Of a stretch of 64,000 bases of DNA, positions 1 through 20,244 are shown in pieces. Under the pieces are notes generated by a model, which saw only the letters and a list, made by a program, of their open reading frames with translations, was not told where the DNA came from and made no database searches. This DNA comes from the human T2T-CHM13v2.0 reference genome, Homo sapiens. Positions within the stretch are counted from its first letter, which is position 1, and every line of letters begins with the position of its first letter. The DNA lies in NCBI RefSeq assembly GCF_009914755.1, contig NC_060941.1. One strand, written 5' to 3'. The position numbers and the translations under genes were made by a program.

Positions 1-1249
1 AGAAGGTGATGATCACTGACAATAACGTGTTGATAAATCTTTGAAGCCTTTCAATTAAGAAAGTCCTCTGGAATGTAAACATAGATGTTATACCTGTCAC
101 AAAAACTAACTTAAAATAGATCATACACATAAATGTAAAATGCATAACTTATAAGACTTCTAGAAGATAACATAGGAGAAATCTAGTGACCTTGAGTTTG
201 GCCATGAGTTTTAGATACAACTCAAATAGCATGGAGGAAAAACATTGATAAAATTGACTTTAAACTTGTGTTCTGGGAAAGACACAGTAAAGGGAGTTAA
301 AAGGTAAGTCACAAACTGGGAAAAAATCTTTGCAAAACACATATCTGATAAAGGACTTGTACCCAAAATATACAAAAAACACTTACAATTCAACAATAAG
401 AAAGTGAACAACCCAATTAAAAAGGGAGCAAAAGATCTGAACAGACACCTCAATAAAGAAAATGTAGAGACAGCAAATAAACACTAAAAAGACGCTCATC
501 ATTTGTCTTTAGGGAATTGCAGGTTAAAACAATGAGATACCATTAAAGTCTGTTAGAATGGCTAAATTTAAAAACTGAAAAACTGGTGAGGATGAAAAAC
601 AAAAGAAACTCTCATCTTTGCTGGTGGAAATGCAAAATGATATAGCCACTTTGGAAAAGAGTTTGGCAGTGGCTTACAAGAAAGATAAACATATTCTTAC
701 CATATGATCTAGCAATTAATCGCATTTCTAGGTGCAATAGACATACCCAGTTGAGTTGTAAACTTACGTCCACACAGAAACCTGCAAAGGAATGTTTACA
801 GCAGCTTTATTCATAACTGCCCCCAAACTGGATGCAACAGATTGTCCCTTGATAGGCGAATGGATAACCAAACTATTGTGATACATTCATACAATGGAAT
901 GTTATTAAGCGATCAAAAGAAAGGAGATATTAAACCAGGAAAAGACATGGAGAAAATATAGATGCATATTATTAAGTAATTGAAAAACCTATATACTGTA
1001 ACAATTCCAATTATATAACATTCTGGAGGAGGAAAATTATGGTGGCAGTAAAAAGATCAGTGGTTGTCGGGTTGTGGACAGTAGTGAGGGAGGGATGAAT
1101 AGGTGAAGCAGAGTGGTATTTTAGGTGGTGAAACTATTCTGTACGCACTGTAATGGTGGGTACATGACATTATGCATTTGTTAAAGTCTGTAGAACTTTA
1201 CAGCACAAAAAGTTAACCTCAGTGTGTACAAATTTAACAATAGCTTTCA

Positions 1250-1393
1250 CAGGTAGGCATGGTGGCTTCTGCCTGTAATCCCAGCTACTTGGGAGGCTGA
1301 GGTAAGAAGATCACTGGAGGCCAAGAGTTCAAGTCCAGCTTGGGACTTGAGTTCAAGTCCAGCAACATGGCAAGACCTTGTCTCTAAAAAAAA
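1250..1393 (+). mobile_element. Monomeric Alu (FLAM-like)
   Basis: Single Alu arm followed by an A-tail. It carries an internal duplication of gagttcaagtccagc (1325-1339 and 1349-1363). Confidence 0.8.
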
Positions 1394-1660
1394 AAATTTT
1401 TTTAAGGAAAAAATAATATAATTCAGGAGGCCACGGGATTTGGGAAAGAAAGCAGACTGTGACAAGAGCATCTAACTGTATTACAAATATATGAAACAAC
1501 CTCACCGAAGGGATGGGGAGAAAAGTGCTACCCTAACTTTGAAAATGACTGGAGTCTGTAAAACTAAAGGCCAAAGGAACTGTACAAGAGTACTTACTCA
1601 AGTTGATAAAGTTTTTCTGCATGGGTTTATAGGTTAATAAATGCATTGTTGCTATACTTG

Positions 1661-1820
1661 TATACTAACATTGAACAATAAGAAAATAGATAGCAGATAG
1701 TGGGAGCCAGGTTTCTCACTGTTGGAGTGGAAATTTTATGTACACTAACATTGACCAAGAAGAAAATAGATAGCAGATAGTGGGAGCCAGGTTTTTCACT
1801 GTTGGAGTGAAAATTTTACA
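1661..1820. repeat. 80-bp tandem duplication inside old L1
   Basis: 1661-1740 and 1741-1820 are direct copies with about 5 substitutions. Confidence 0.95.
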
Positions 1821-1976
1821 AATCAACAAGGGAGGAAGCTAGAATGACCCATGTGGTAATGGATTAACGTTGAGGATACTAGAACAGCTCATATATAGTT
1901 AGATAGTTGCTTGTGGAAATTTTTATAGATGGGTATGTGCACAAGTTAGTATACATACTATAAAGTTTAGAAGTTT

Positions 1977-2530
1977 ACAACACCACCACCACTTCTGACT
2001 CCAATTGTAAGTTTAGGGGTCCCCAAGATCACCCTCATGTTGAATAATTCCCTAGAGGTACTCACAGAACTCACTGAAAGCTGCTATATTTACAGTTATG
2101 GTTTATTACAATAAAAGGATACATATTAAAACCAGCCAAGGGAAGAAGCACATGGGACAGAGTACAGGAGAATTCCTCATGTGAAGCTTCCAGTTTCTTC
2201 TCCTGCTGGACTAATGGACAGTGGTAACTTCCCCCAGCAACAATCTGTGACGACACGCTAGAAGTATTGCCAACCAGGTAAGATCACTCAAGCCTTGGTG
2301 TCCAGAGTTTTTGTTGGGGCTTGGTCATATAGACATGATTGACTACTCACATGGCTGTTTTTTGTTACAGATACCACATGGCTCAAAACCTCCACCATTA
2401 ATTACATTGTTAGCATAGGCTATCTGGCATGGCCTAAAGCTCCCAGGTTAACAAGGACCTACTTTTCAGTCAGGCATTACAGAGGCTTAGAGAATACCTC
2501 CCTGGAGCCAAGGGCAAAAGCCAGACCAAT
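1977..2530 (-). mobile_element. LTR fragment, MER21-like
   Basis: ggggtccccaagatcaccctc...actcacagaactcactgaaagctg...atggtttattaca resembles the MER21 LTR as I recall it. It interrupts the L1. Boundaries are approximate. Confidence 0.6.
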
Positions 2531-2847
2531 TCAGTAGTAACAAGTATACCTAATGCTCAGATCTTGGTTTCTAATATTATTCTTCAGTAAGAGTAACCAG
2601 GACTCCTTGGAGAAATGGCTGATTCCAGGGATAGGGTAGAAAATGTACAGAACCAGCCTGGGGCATCTTGTAGAGGCAGAAAGTAAGAAAGTGCTAAAGA
2701 AAAAAAAAAGATCACTGTGAGAGGTATGTAAAAGAAGCCAAATGAAAGAGCACCCAATGGGAAAATTTAGAAATATTTGAGCAAAATAAATGAATGAATA
2801 CCATACTATTGTATTATAACCTAAAGTATAACATAAATATTCATGAT

Positions 2848-3188
2848 TGTGGTGGGTTGCAGCTGATCTGGGCCAGCGTCATCAGTGGTAAAATAATTTG
2901 CTGAAACAGCTGTGAGTTAATAATTGTAATAATAAGTAAGTGTATTAGAGAGAAAGTATGTTGCAAGGAAGCATTGGGCAGCACAGCAGAGAAAAAGCTG
3001 TCTGCAAAGGGGCAGGGCTGGAGGGAAGTTTTATAGGATGGACCTGGAGGGACTACATGTAGAACAAGGTATTCGGGAACAGGATATTGTGCAAACGGGA
3101 TGTTTGTAGTTAGCTGTTTCTCAGAACAATTGTTCTCACTCACCCTGGGGCACCCCCCTTGTTGTTGCTAACTTATCAGGACTCCACA
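2848..3188 (-). mobile_element. Solo LTR (MER54-like)
   Basis: TG...CA termini (tgtggtggg ... ggactccaca) with a 5-bp TSD atgat/atgag. The family name is from recall. Confidence 0.7.
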
Positions 3189-3571
3189 ATGAGTTCATAC
3201 TGATATATAAATAATTGGATAAATTAATAAATGGAAGTGAATAGACAAATCTTTCCATATGGAATAATGCTAATTATATTATCTAGATACTTCATCCTGA
3301 GGATGGGAGGTTAATTCTCCACTCCTTAAGTGTGGGCTGTGCATAGTGACTTCCTTCCAGAGTCCCTTATGAAAAGTGGAGAGTGGGAGGAAAGGAATAA
3401 CTTCATGGGAGAGACGTGACAAACACACCTTCAAGCCAAGTGATTATGGTCAATATAAACAGTCATAAATCATGTTGATATCATATATACCCTCAATATG
3501 CTATGATGAAAAATGGCACTTTATCTCTGTGATCTTTGTCACAAAAGTCTGTAACACCAATCTAACCATGA

Positions 3572-4206
<635 letters not shown>

Positions 4207-4560
4207 TGAGAAAAACAAATTCTAATAGAGGGCCATCCTGTAGTATACCTGACCAGAACTCTTTAAACTGTCAAGATCCTCAAAAAGAGAAAGTCTGAGA
4301 AACAATCACAGCTAAGAGACACCTAAGGAGACGCGACAAGTAAACGTAATATAGTGGCATCCTGAATGGGATCCTGGAACAGAAAAAGGACATTAAGTAA
4401 AAACTAAGGAAATCAAACTATGGACCAGTTAATAATAACTTTTCAGTATTCATTCATTAACTGTAATAAGTGAGCCATACTAACATAAGCTGTTAATAAT
4501 AGGGGAAAATGGAAAATGTGTGTGTATGTTGGGGGGTATATGAAAATGCTACACTATCTA

Positions 4561-5912
<1,352 letters not shown>

Positions 5913-7693
5913 ATTGTGAAACAATGAAGATTGTAGGGGAAATGGCATATGAAAAAGTGATTTATTATAAATGGGATCCCCTAAGCATACAATGTAAACA
6001 AATATCTGACCTTCAAAGGAGGGTGCAGAGTATGCTTTGCAAGTCTTTAGGCAGAGCATTATAGTTTTGTCACATACCTTTCTATACGTCATATGGAGTT
6101 AAATACAGAGATACATTATTTTGGGAATTAAATTCTTAAGAATTATAGTACTATTTTTTGAGAAATGTATTTCAACTGTCATTTTACTGAAGGACTGTAG
6201 GTCCTGGGATATTAGAGAATTTCACTTATTACAAAGATTAAAAGCAAACATGATTAATATTTACAAATATATTGAATTATTATCTGAATTTATTGTGAAG
6301 ATTTTCTAATATGATGAGTTGATTTTAAAAGTTACCAATGTTTCTGGTATAAAAAAAATTATAACTAATTGTAATTTATATTTCAAATGGGTATGAAAGT
6401 GAATAATAAGGGTAACAATAAAAGGAAGAAAATAAAATTATAATAAAAATGAGAACATAATGCTTACAGATTAAAAAGTGATATAAAGGGATAACTTTTC
6501 AGAAGAGATTAAAAACTATCTAGAATAATATAATATACATTGTATGACTGCTGGATTTTATGAGTACATCCTCCAGCCTCTTATTGAGTTTGTAAAGAAA
6601 TAGTGACTGTTTCCCTCATTAATGGCAAGTGTAAATAGCCGAGGTGGGCATTCAAAGACAGTTTACCATCTCCCCACATGGGGCTTTTGAAGGTTGTCAC
6701 TAAACTAATTATTTCCATGAAAATGTGTTAATGGAATTTATTTCACTGTTGAGTCTTCTACTTAGAGTCTTTTATAGAGGCAACATATTTTATAAAACTG
6801 CATGGAAAAAGATATCAGCAATCAATCTTTAGAGTAGTAGACTTTTGCAAAAACATGATTTCTCTTGTATTTGTACCCTAATAAGAAATCTAGCAGTCTT
6901 CTAGCAAAGAACATCACAACATCTTACAGAAAATTTGGTTTGAACTAAGAGACTAAAGAGACATAGAGACCAAATTTTTAAAGTTAAAATATTTCTATCA
7001 ATAACCTTTTATTCAAGCATTATTGAGTGTTGTTTTCATTAGATAATGGCACTGGCTTCTCATATATATTGCATATAGTATTGCAGTCTGGGAATGGCAT
7101 AGTCACTTTCCTCCATTATGGTAAGCTTTGCCTGTGTCTGAATGCCCAGCCTTAACAGTGTTGCTAATCACTTATGCGAAATGTGTGACCAAGTCTACAT
7201 TTGCTGGAAATTTCTGACATTGTAAATATTTGGGTATATTGTTGTAATCATCATTAATTAGTATTTTCGGGAAGGAACCAGGGGTAACATATAGCAACCT
7301 AGCAAGTGGATTTACTTTTACAGATTCATTCCTCTACAGTTCTGTTCATGGGTCATGGTTGGTTTTTTTTTTTTTTCAGTTTCTTTTATTGTGGTAAAAT
7401 ACACATAACGAAATGTTCTGTCTTACCCATTTTTAAGTATACAATTTATTGGTATTAAGTATATTAATATTATTGTACAACTATCACCACCATCCATCTC
7501 CAGAACTCTTTTCATTTTGCAAAATTGAAACTTTCTATCCATTAAACAGTAACTTCTCATTCCTTCCTCCTCTTAGCCCCTGGCAACCATCATTCTGCTT
7601 TTTGACTATGATTTGGACTACAATGAATAACTAATTTAAGTGGAATCATACAGTATTTATCTTTTTGTGACCAATTTATTTCAGTTAACATGA

Positions 7694-8149
<456 letters not shown>

Positions 8150-8550
8150 TAGCTACTGTGAATAATGCTGCTATGATTACAAATGTTATGATTATAAATG
8201 TATAAGTATCTCTTTGGGACCCAATTCTTTTGAGTATATACCCATAGAATTGCTGGGTCATTTGGTAATTCTATTTTAAACTCTTTGAGGAAACCGTTTT
8301 CCACAGTGGTTGTACTATTTTACATTTTCTTTCTTTTTTATTATTATTATACTTTAAATTCTAGGGTACATGTGCACAACATGCAGGTTTGTTACATATG
8401 TATATGTGTGCCATGTTGGTGTGCTGCACCCATTAACTCGTCATTTAGCATTAGGTATATCTCCTAATGCTATCCCTCCCCGTTTCCCCCATCCTATGAC
8501 AGACTCTGGTGTATGATGGTCCCCACCCTGTGTTCAAGTATTCTCATTGT

Positions 8551-12380
<3,830 letters not shown>

Positions 12381-12443
12381 TATGATATTAGCTGGTTATT
12401 TTGCTGGTTAGTTGATGCAGTTTCTTCCTCGCATCGATGGTCT

Positions 12444-13464
12444 TTACAATTTGGCATGTTTTTGCAGTGGCTGGTACTGGTTGTTCCCTTCCAAGTTTAG
12501 TGCTTCCTTCAGGAGCTCTTGTAAGGCAGGCCTGGTGGTGACAAAATCTCTCAGCATTTGTTTGTCTGTAAAGGATTTTATTTCTCCTTCACTTATGAAG
12601 CTTAGTTTGGCTGGATATGAAATTCTGGGTTGAAAATTCTTTTCTGTAAGAATGTTGAATATTGGCCCCCACTCTCTTCTGGCTTGTAGAGTTTCTGCCA
12701 AGAGATCCGCTATTAGTCTGATGGGCTTCCCTTTGTGAGTAACCCAACCTTTCTCTCTGGCTGCCCTTAACATTTTTTCCTTCATTTCAACTTTGGTGAA
12801 TCTGACAATTATGTGTCTTGGAGTTGCTCTTCTCAAGGAGTATCTTTGTGATGTTCTCTGTATTTCCTGAATTTGAATGTTGGCCTGCCTTGCTACGTTG
12901 GGGAAGTTCTCCTGGATAATATCCTGAAGAGTGTTTTCCAACTTGGTTCCATTCTCCCCGTCACTTTCAGGTACACCAGTCAGACAGAGATTTGGTCTTT
13001 TCACGTAGTCCCATATTTCTTGGAGGCTTTGTTCATTTCTTTTTACTTTTTTCTCTAAACTTCTCTTCTGGCTTCATTTCATTCATTTGATCTTCAGTCA
13101 CTGATACCCTTTCTTCCACTTGATCAAATCGGCTACCGAAGCTTGTGCATGCATCACGTAGTTCTCGTGCCATGGTTTTCAGCTCCATCAGGTCATTTAA
13201 GGGCTTCTCTACAATGTTTATTCTAGTTAGCCGTTCATCTAATCTTTTTTCAAGGTTTTTAGCTTCCTGGAGATGGGTTCGAACACCCTCCTGTAGCTCG
13301 GAGAAGTTTGTTATTACCGATCGTCTGAAGCCTTCTCTCAACTCATCAAAGTCATTCTCCGTCCAGCTTTGTTCTGTTGCTGACGAGGAGCTGTGTTCCT
13401 TTGGAGGAGAAGAGGCACTCTGATTTTTAGAATTTTCAGCTTTTCTGCTCTGGTTTGTCCCCAT
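12444..13464 (-). pseudogene. L1 ORF1p (RNA-binding chaperone), frameshifted
   Basis: Two fragments: MGTNQSRKAENSKNQ... (13033-13464) and ...KRPNLCLTGVPE...ARREWGPIFN...RPALQELLKEAL (12444-13004). Confidence 0.95.
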
Positions 13465-14640
13465 CTTTGTGGTTTTTTCTACCTTTGGTCTTTGATGATG
13501 GTGATGTACAGATGGGGTTTTGGTGTAGATGTCCTTTGTGTTTGTTAGTTTTCCTTCTAACAGTCAGGACCCTCAGCTGCAGGTCTGTTGGAGTTTGCTG
13601 GAGGTCCACTCCAGACACTGTTTGCCTGGGTATCACCAGCAGATGCTGCAGAACAGCAAATATTGCAGAATGGCAGATATTGCTGCCTGATCCTTCCTCT
13701 GGAAGTTTCGTCTCAGAGGGGCACCTGGCTGTATGAGATGTCAGTTGGCCCCTACTGGGAGATGTCTCCCAGTTAGGCTACTCCTGGGTCAGGGACCCAC
13801 TTGAGGAGGCAATATGTCCTTTCTCAGATCTCAAATTCCATGCTGGGAGAACCACTACTCTCTTCAAAGCTGTCAGACAGGGATGTTTAAGTCTCCGAAG
13901 TTTCTGCTGCCTTTTGTTCAGCTATGCCCTGCTCCCAGAGGTGGAGTCTACAGAGGCAGGCAGGCCTCCTTCGGCTGCGGTGGGCTCCACCCAGTTCAAG
14001 CTTCCCAGCCACTTTGTTTACCTACTCAAGCCTCAGCAATGGTGGTTGCCCCTTCCTCAGCCTAGCTGCTGCCTTGCAGTTCGATCTCAGACTGCTGTGC
14101 CAGCAGTGAACGAGACTCTGTGGGTGTGGGACCCTCCAAGCCAGGCATGGGATATAATCTCCTGGTGTGCTGTTTGCTAAGGCCATTGGAAAAGTGCAGT
14201 ATTAGGGTGGGAGTGACCTGATTTTCCAGGTACCATCTGTCACGGCTTCCCTTTGCTAGGAAAGGGAATTCCTCGACCCCTTGCGCTTCCCGGGTGAAGC
14301 ACTGCCCCACCCTGCTCCGTGGGCTGCACCCACTGTCTGACAAGCCCCAGTGAGATGAACCCAGTACCTCAGTTGGAAATGCAGAAATCACCCGTCTTCT
14401 GTGTTGCTCATGCTGGGAGCTGCAGACTGGAGCTGTTCTTATTTGGCCATCTTGGAACCCTTATTTTACATTTTCAACAGTGCACAGGGTTCTGATTTCT
14501 CCACATCCTTATCAATGATTGTTGTTTTCTGTTTTTCTGATAGTAGCCATCCTAATTAGTATGTACCTCATTATAATTTTGATTTGTGTTTTCCTAATGA
14601 TTAGTGATACTGAACTTTTTTTTTTAAATGTGCTTTATGA

Positions 14641-14901
<261 letters not shown>

Positions 14902-16924
14902 TGATTCGCCTACCTTGGCCTTCCAAAGTGCTGGGATTACAGGTGTGAGCCACCACGCCTGGTCTACCATTTGTATATCTTCTTTGGAGAAATGTCTATT
15001 CAAGTCATTTGCCCACTTTTTAATTGGGTGGTTTGGTTTTTATATTGTTGAGTTCTGTATTAACTCCTTGTCAGATATATGATTTGCAAATATGTTCTCT
15101 CATTCTGTGGGTTGTCTTTCTACTCTGTTGATAGTGTCTTTTGATGCACAACATTTTTAAATTTTCATAAAGTCCAGTTTGTCTATTTTGTTGTTGTTGC
15201 CTGTATCTTTGATGTCATATCTAAGAAAGCATTGCTACATCTAAGGTTGTGCTTTCTTCTTTCTTGCCTTATGTTTTTTAAAATAATAATTTTATAGTAT
15301 TAGGTCTTATATTTAGGTCATGGAGCCATTTGGGGTTAATTTTAGTATATAGTATGAGGTAAGGTCCAATTTCATTCTTTTGCTTGTGGATATCCAGTTT
15401 TTCCAGATCCATTTGTTGAAAAGGCTGTATTTTTCTCCACTGGATGGTCTTGACACCCTTGTCAAAAATCACTTTACCATATATGCAAGGATGCATTTCT
15501 GGACTCCCTATTGTATTTAGTTGTTCTACATATGTGTCTGTCTTTATGTCAGTACTATTCTGCCTTGATTACTGTAGCTTTGTAGTAACTTTTGAAATCA
15601 GAAAGTGTGGCTGGGCTTGGTGGCTCATGCCTGTAATCCCAGCACTGTGGGAGGCTGGGATGGGTGGATCACCTGAGGTCAGAGGTTTAAGACCAGCCTG
15701 GCCAACATGGTGAAATGCCATCTCTACTGAAAATACAAAAATTAGTTGGGTATGATGGCACACGTCTGTAATCCCAGCTATTCCTCAGGAGACTGAGGCA
15801 TGAGAATCGCTTGAACCCGGGAGACAGAGGTTGCAGTGAGCCGAAATTGCACCACTGCACTCCAGCCTGGACGACAGAGTGAGACTCTGTCCCAAAAAAA
15901 GAAAAGAAAGTGTGAAGTGTGAATCCTCCAGCATTGTTTTTCCTTTTCAGGATTATTTTGGCTATTTGGAGTCCCTTGAAATTCCATATAAATATTAGGA
16001 TGAGTTTGTCTTTTTCTACAAAAACCGTTATTTGGATATTGATAGAGATTGCATTAAATCAGAGGATCACTGAATAATATTGACATCTGAACAATATTAA
16101 CCCCTTCAGTTCATGAACATGGAATGTCTTTTTTTAATGTCCTCTTTAATTTCTTTCAAAAATATTTAGTGGTTTTCATTGTATTGCTTCTTTGGTTCAT
16201 ACCTAAGTATTTTATTCTTTTTGGTGCTACTATAAATAGAATTGTTTTCTTAATTTCCTTGTCAGATTGTTCACATTTAGTGAATAGATGCAACTGATTT
16301 TTGTGTGTTGACTTTGTATCCTGCCATTTTGATGAATTTATTAGTTCTAATAGGTGTGTGTGTATGTGTGTGTTTGTAATCTTTAGGGTTTTCTACATAT
16401 AGGATCACGTTATCTGTAAAGAGATAATTTTACTTTTTCCTTGCCAATTTGGATGGCTTTTACTTCTTTTTCTTGCCTAATTTCTCTGACTAGTACTTCT
16501 AGCACTCTGTAGAATAGAAGTAGACAAGCAGGCAACCTTGCCTTGTTCCTGATCTTAGAGGAAAAGCTTTTCGTCTTTTCATCATTGAATATAGTGCTTT
16601 TTGTGGGTTTTTCATATATGACTTTTATTACAGTGAGGTAGTTTCCTTCTATTCTTAGTTTTTTTAGTGTTTTTATCATTAAAGTTTTTTTGAATTTTGT
16701 CAAACATCAATTGAGATGATCATGTGGGTTTTTTCCTTCATTTTGTTAATGTGGTATATTACATTGTTTGATTTTTCATGTGTTGAGGCATCCTTACAGT
16801 TCCGGAATAAATCCCATTCAGTCATGGTGTATAATTATTTTAATATGCTGCTGAATTCTGTTTCTAGTATTTTGTCTCATGGTCATGATTTTCAACCAAG
16901 TGAGATAAATTATTTAAAATGATA

Positions 16925-17705
16925 AAACTTGAGGTCACAGGGCAAACTGCTGCTCCCAAAATTGGAGATACTGACAGGTGAAAATAGAGAATCACAGCTT
17001 AGTAGAGCAGAAACCCACAAGTAGCAACCTCTGCAGGTACCAGTATCAGAGTAGGGAAATCTGAATTGTAATTGATGTATTCCTGGAAACTCAAGTGTGG
17101 ACAACTCTGAGAGTTAACCCAGTCATATGGGTGCCCCGACACTTTTGTGAGTTTTACCTCCAAGAGCTCTATCAAATTCTCACAGTGAATATGCGAGAAA
17201 AATCCCCCTGTGCTTCTGGAAGGGAAAGGGGAAAAGGAACCATGTGGAACTACACCAGAACACTTTGCTCTTCTTAACAAGGTCTCCCCTAAGGAGAAAT
17301 TAGTTAACTAAATAGGATCTAACCTGCTAGGGTTTTGTTAGAGCCTAACTGACCTGGGATAAGCTGCATACCCACCTCCAGCCCACTCTATACATCCTTC
17401 CCCAACTAAGGGGTAAGGAGTGGGGTAGACTGAGAAGCAACATGAAGTTCACAGTGTGGAGGTACAGGCTCACTGAAAGATAGAAACCTAATCATAGGAC
17501 TGTAGAATGCTTCCCCTTCCTCCACATCTTACTACCACGTTACTAAAGGCCTAGTTATAGCAATTCCTTTTACCCAGTACATCGTGCCTGGCTATTAAGA
17601 AAAATTACAAGACATGCTAAAAGGCAAAAACACAGTTTGAAGAGATAGAGGAAGTATCATAACTAGATATGGCAGGGATGTTGGAATTATCAGACCAGAA
17701 ATTTT
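16925..17705 (+). mobile_element. Old L1M 5' UTR / ORF1-start fragment
   Basis: Ends in aaaattacaagacatgctaaaaggcaa...gatgttggaattatcagac, typical of the ORF1 start of ancient L1M elements. Confidence 0.55.
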
Positions 17706-18304
17706 GCAGCGAGTTTTAGGACCTACTTATAAGTTAGGACCTTAAAGATAAATTTTTTAAATATATAGGGAAATTTCAATTATAGATGAATTTTAGTTCA
17801 TAATAGTAACAAACCATCCTACGTTTCTCAGCTTGTGAAGCAAATTATCTGCAGTACTACTGAGTCCTTTAGAGTTAATCTTTTTGGTTACCAATTCTTG
17901 CTTGATGGACATTAGTACCAGCCCAGTGAATCTTCCCCTGTGGTGCGGTATAAATTATTTTAGACAATACAGACTAGATGTTTATTGCTATACAGATTTA
18001 TCAAAGAAATATGTAGAAGATACATAGGGAAAATTGTTATGAATAGCATACTGAATAAACAAATAGCCAAAATAAGTTTACTTAATATGGTCATGGAAAT
18101 TGATCTTTGGTATTTCCAGTGAAATCAAACTTTTGAAGTATATCTTATCTGTGAAACTTGTATGTATTCAGCTATTGCATTATCTAAAAGCTTATTCCAT
18201 TTAAGTGGTAATTGTGAAATTTTTTTTGTTTTGCTAATAATTCTCTGGAAAATATTAATCTTGAGTTCTGTATTCTAATGTTTAGTAATATGTGTTCATT
18301 TTAT

Positions 18305-18518
18305 TTTATTTTATTTTTTGAGATGGAGTTTTGCTATTGTTGCCGAGGCTGTAATGCAATGGCGCGATCTCTGCTCACTGCAGCCCCCACCTCCCGGATT
18401 CAAGCGATCTCCTGCCTCAGCCTCCCTAGTAGCTGGGATTACAGGCCTGCGCCACCATGCCTGGCTAATTTTGTATTTTTAGTAGAGACAGGATTTCTCC
18501 ATGTTGGTCAGGCTGGTC
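18305..18518 (-). mobile_element. 5'-truncated AluS
   Basis: Right arm plus a partial left arm. TSD atat(g/a)tgttcattttat on both sides. Confidence 0.85.
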
Positions 18519-18585
18519 ATGATATATGTTCATTTTATGATGTCTTCCAACAATTAAGAGAAAATGCACTACCTGAATGGTAATT

Positions 18586-18949
18586 GTTATGGGCTGAATT
18601 GTCTCCACCAAATTCATATGTTGAGGTTTTAACCCCCAGCACCTCAGAATGATATAGGGCCCTTAAGGAGGTAATTAATGTTAAATGAAGTCCTTAAAGT
18701 GAGTCTTAATCCATTAGGATTGGTCTCATTATAAGAAGAAAAGATTAGGGCACAAATAGAGAAAAAGACCATGTGAAGACAGAGGGAAAAGATATCCATT
18801 TATAAGCCAAACAGAGAGGCTTCAATAAATCAACCCTGATGACATCTAGATCTGGAATTTCTCATCTCCAGAACTGTGAGAAAATTTTCTGTTGTTTAAG
18901 TCACCCAGTCTGTGGTACTTTGTTATTGCAGCCCTAGCAAACTAATACA
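18586..18949 (+). mobile_element. MaLR solo LTR (MLT1B-like)
   Basis: Begins tgttatgggctgaattgt...aaattcatatgttgagg and ends gcagccctagcaaactaataca. Confidence 0.85.
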
Positions 18950-19469
18950 GTCATGATAGTAATTTTCCCCCTAGGGAAATTTTCTTCTCTATATGGAAGT
19001 TTTTTTAAGATTAAAAATTTGGAAATAATTTTAAATTTACAGAAAAGTTGCAACAATAGTCCAGAGAACACCCTTATACTCTTTACTCAGTTTAACCTAT
19101 TTTTTGCCCCATTTGCTTTATACTTCGTCTCTCTACTTATTCATGTATATTTGAACCATTTGAAAATAAGTTAAATACACTATGCCCTGTTATCCCTAAA
19201 TACTTCACTACACACTTCCTAAAAATAGGGACATGCTTTTACATAACCACAGTACATTTATTAATTTCAGAAAATGTAACATTGATAAAGTACTTTAATC
19301 TGTTGTCCACATTGAATGGAAGATTTTTTTTTTTACTTTGAATCACTGAGGTTGTTTTTGTTTTATTTTGGTTTTGCTACAATAACAGTGGTTTTTGTTT
19401 GTTTCTTTGTTTTAATTTGTTTTCCTGGGGCATAATGGCTCAGTGGCAGTACTATGTCGGTAGCAGTTT

Positions 19470-19640
19470 TAATCAGACTGAGTTTAAATTCTACCTCTAC
19501 TTGCTTAGTTGACTGATCTTGGGAAAAATTATTTAACCTCTCTGTGCTTCAGTTTCTCTATCTGTAAGGTTAATAGGGTTACTGAGAGAATTAAATGAAA
19601 AAATATGTAACAGCTTTTAGTAAAGTACATGCCATATAGT
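19470..19640 (+). mobile_element. MIR fragment
   Basis: MIR core: gatcttgggaaaaattatttaacctctctgtgcttcagtttctctatctgtaa. Confidence 0.75.
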
Positions 19641-20244
19641 AAGGATTTTTATTATCTATCCAAATCATTTTTTAAGCAGTAATTTTTCCTATAGGCTTAA
19701 CAAAGAAATGTTGCTTCTTTCTTTTGCGGTCAGAAAACAATACCTAAAGTTCTACTTTGAAGCTCTCTGGTAAAACTTCCTGGAACAGCACACAACAGAC
19801 GATTTTAAAAAGATAAATAAATTAGAGATGATGTCAGCAGATCATTCAATTCTCTAGCCACCTATGGTTTAAAAAAATTAATTCATAAAACTTCCATTAT
19901 TTTAATAATTTCAGGAAGCTACTCTATCGTAGCAGATAATATAGGTAAAATTCCGTCCAATGTGTTTACTGTAAACTGCTACTCCCTACATATTATGCTT
20001 TGTTCATCTAACAAATATTTTGAAAGTTTTTTCATTCTTTTCTCAGGCATATAAACAATGTCACCCAAAGAATTAAGAATGTTTTGGAGTTTTTTCACTT
20101 CCATAAAAAACGTCATTGTTACCAAATTCAACAGATGTGATTGAGAATATAATGCTCTTGATTCCTCCTTAACCTTCCTTATAAAGCCAATGTTTTTAGA
20201 GTATTTTGCAGAATCCTAATTTTTTTGTACTTTTTATTTTAGTT

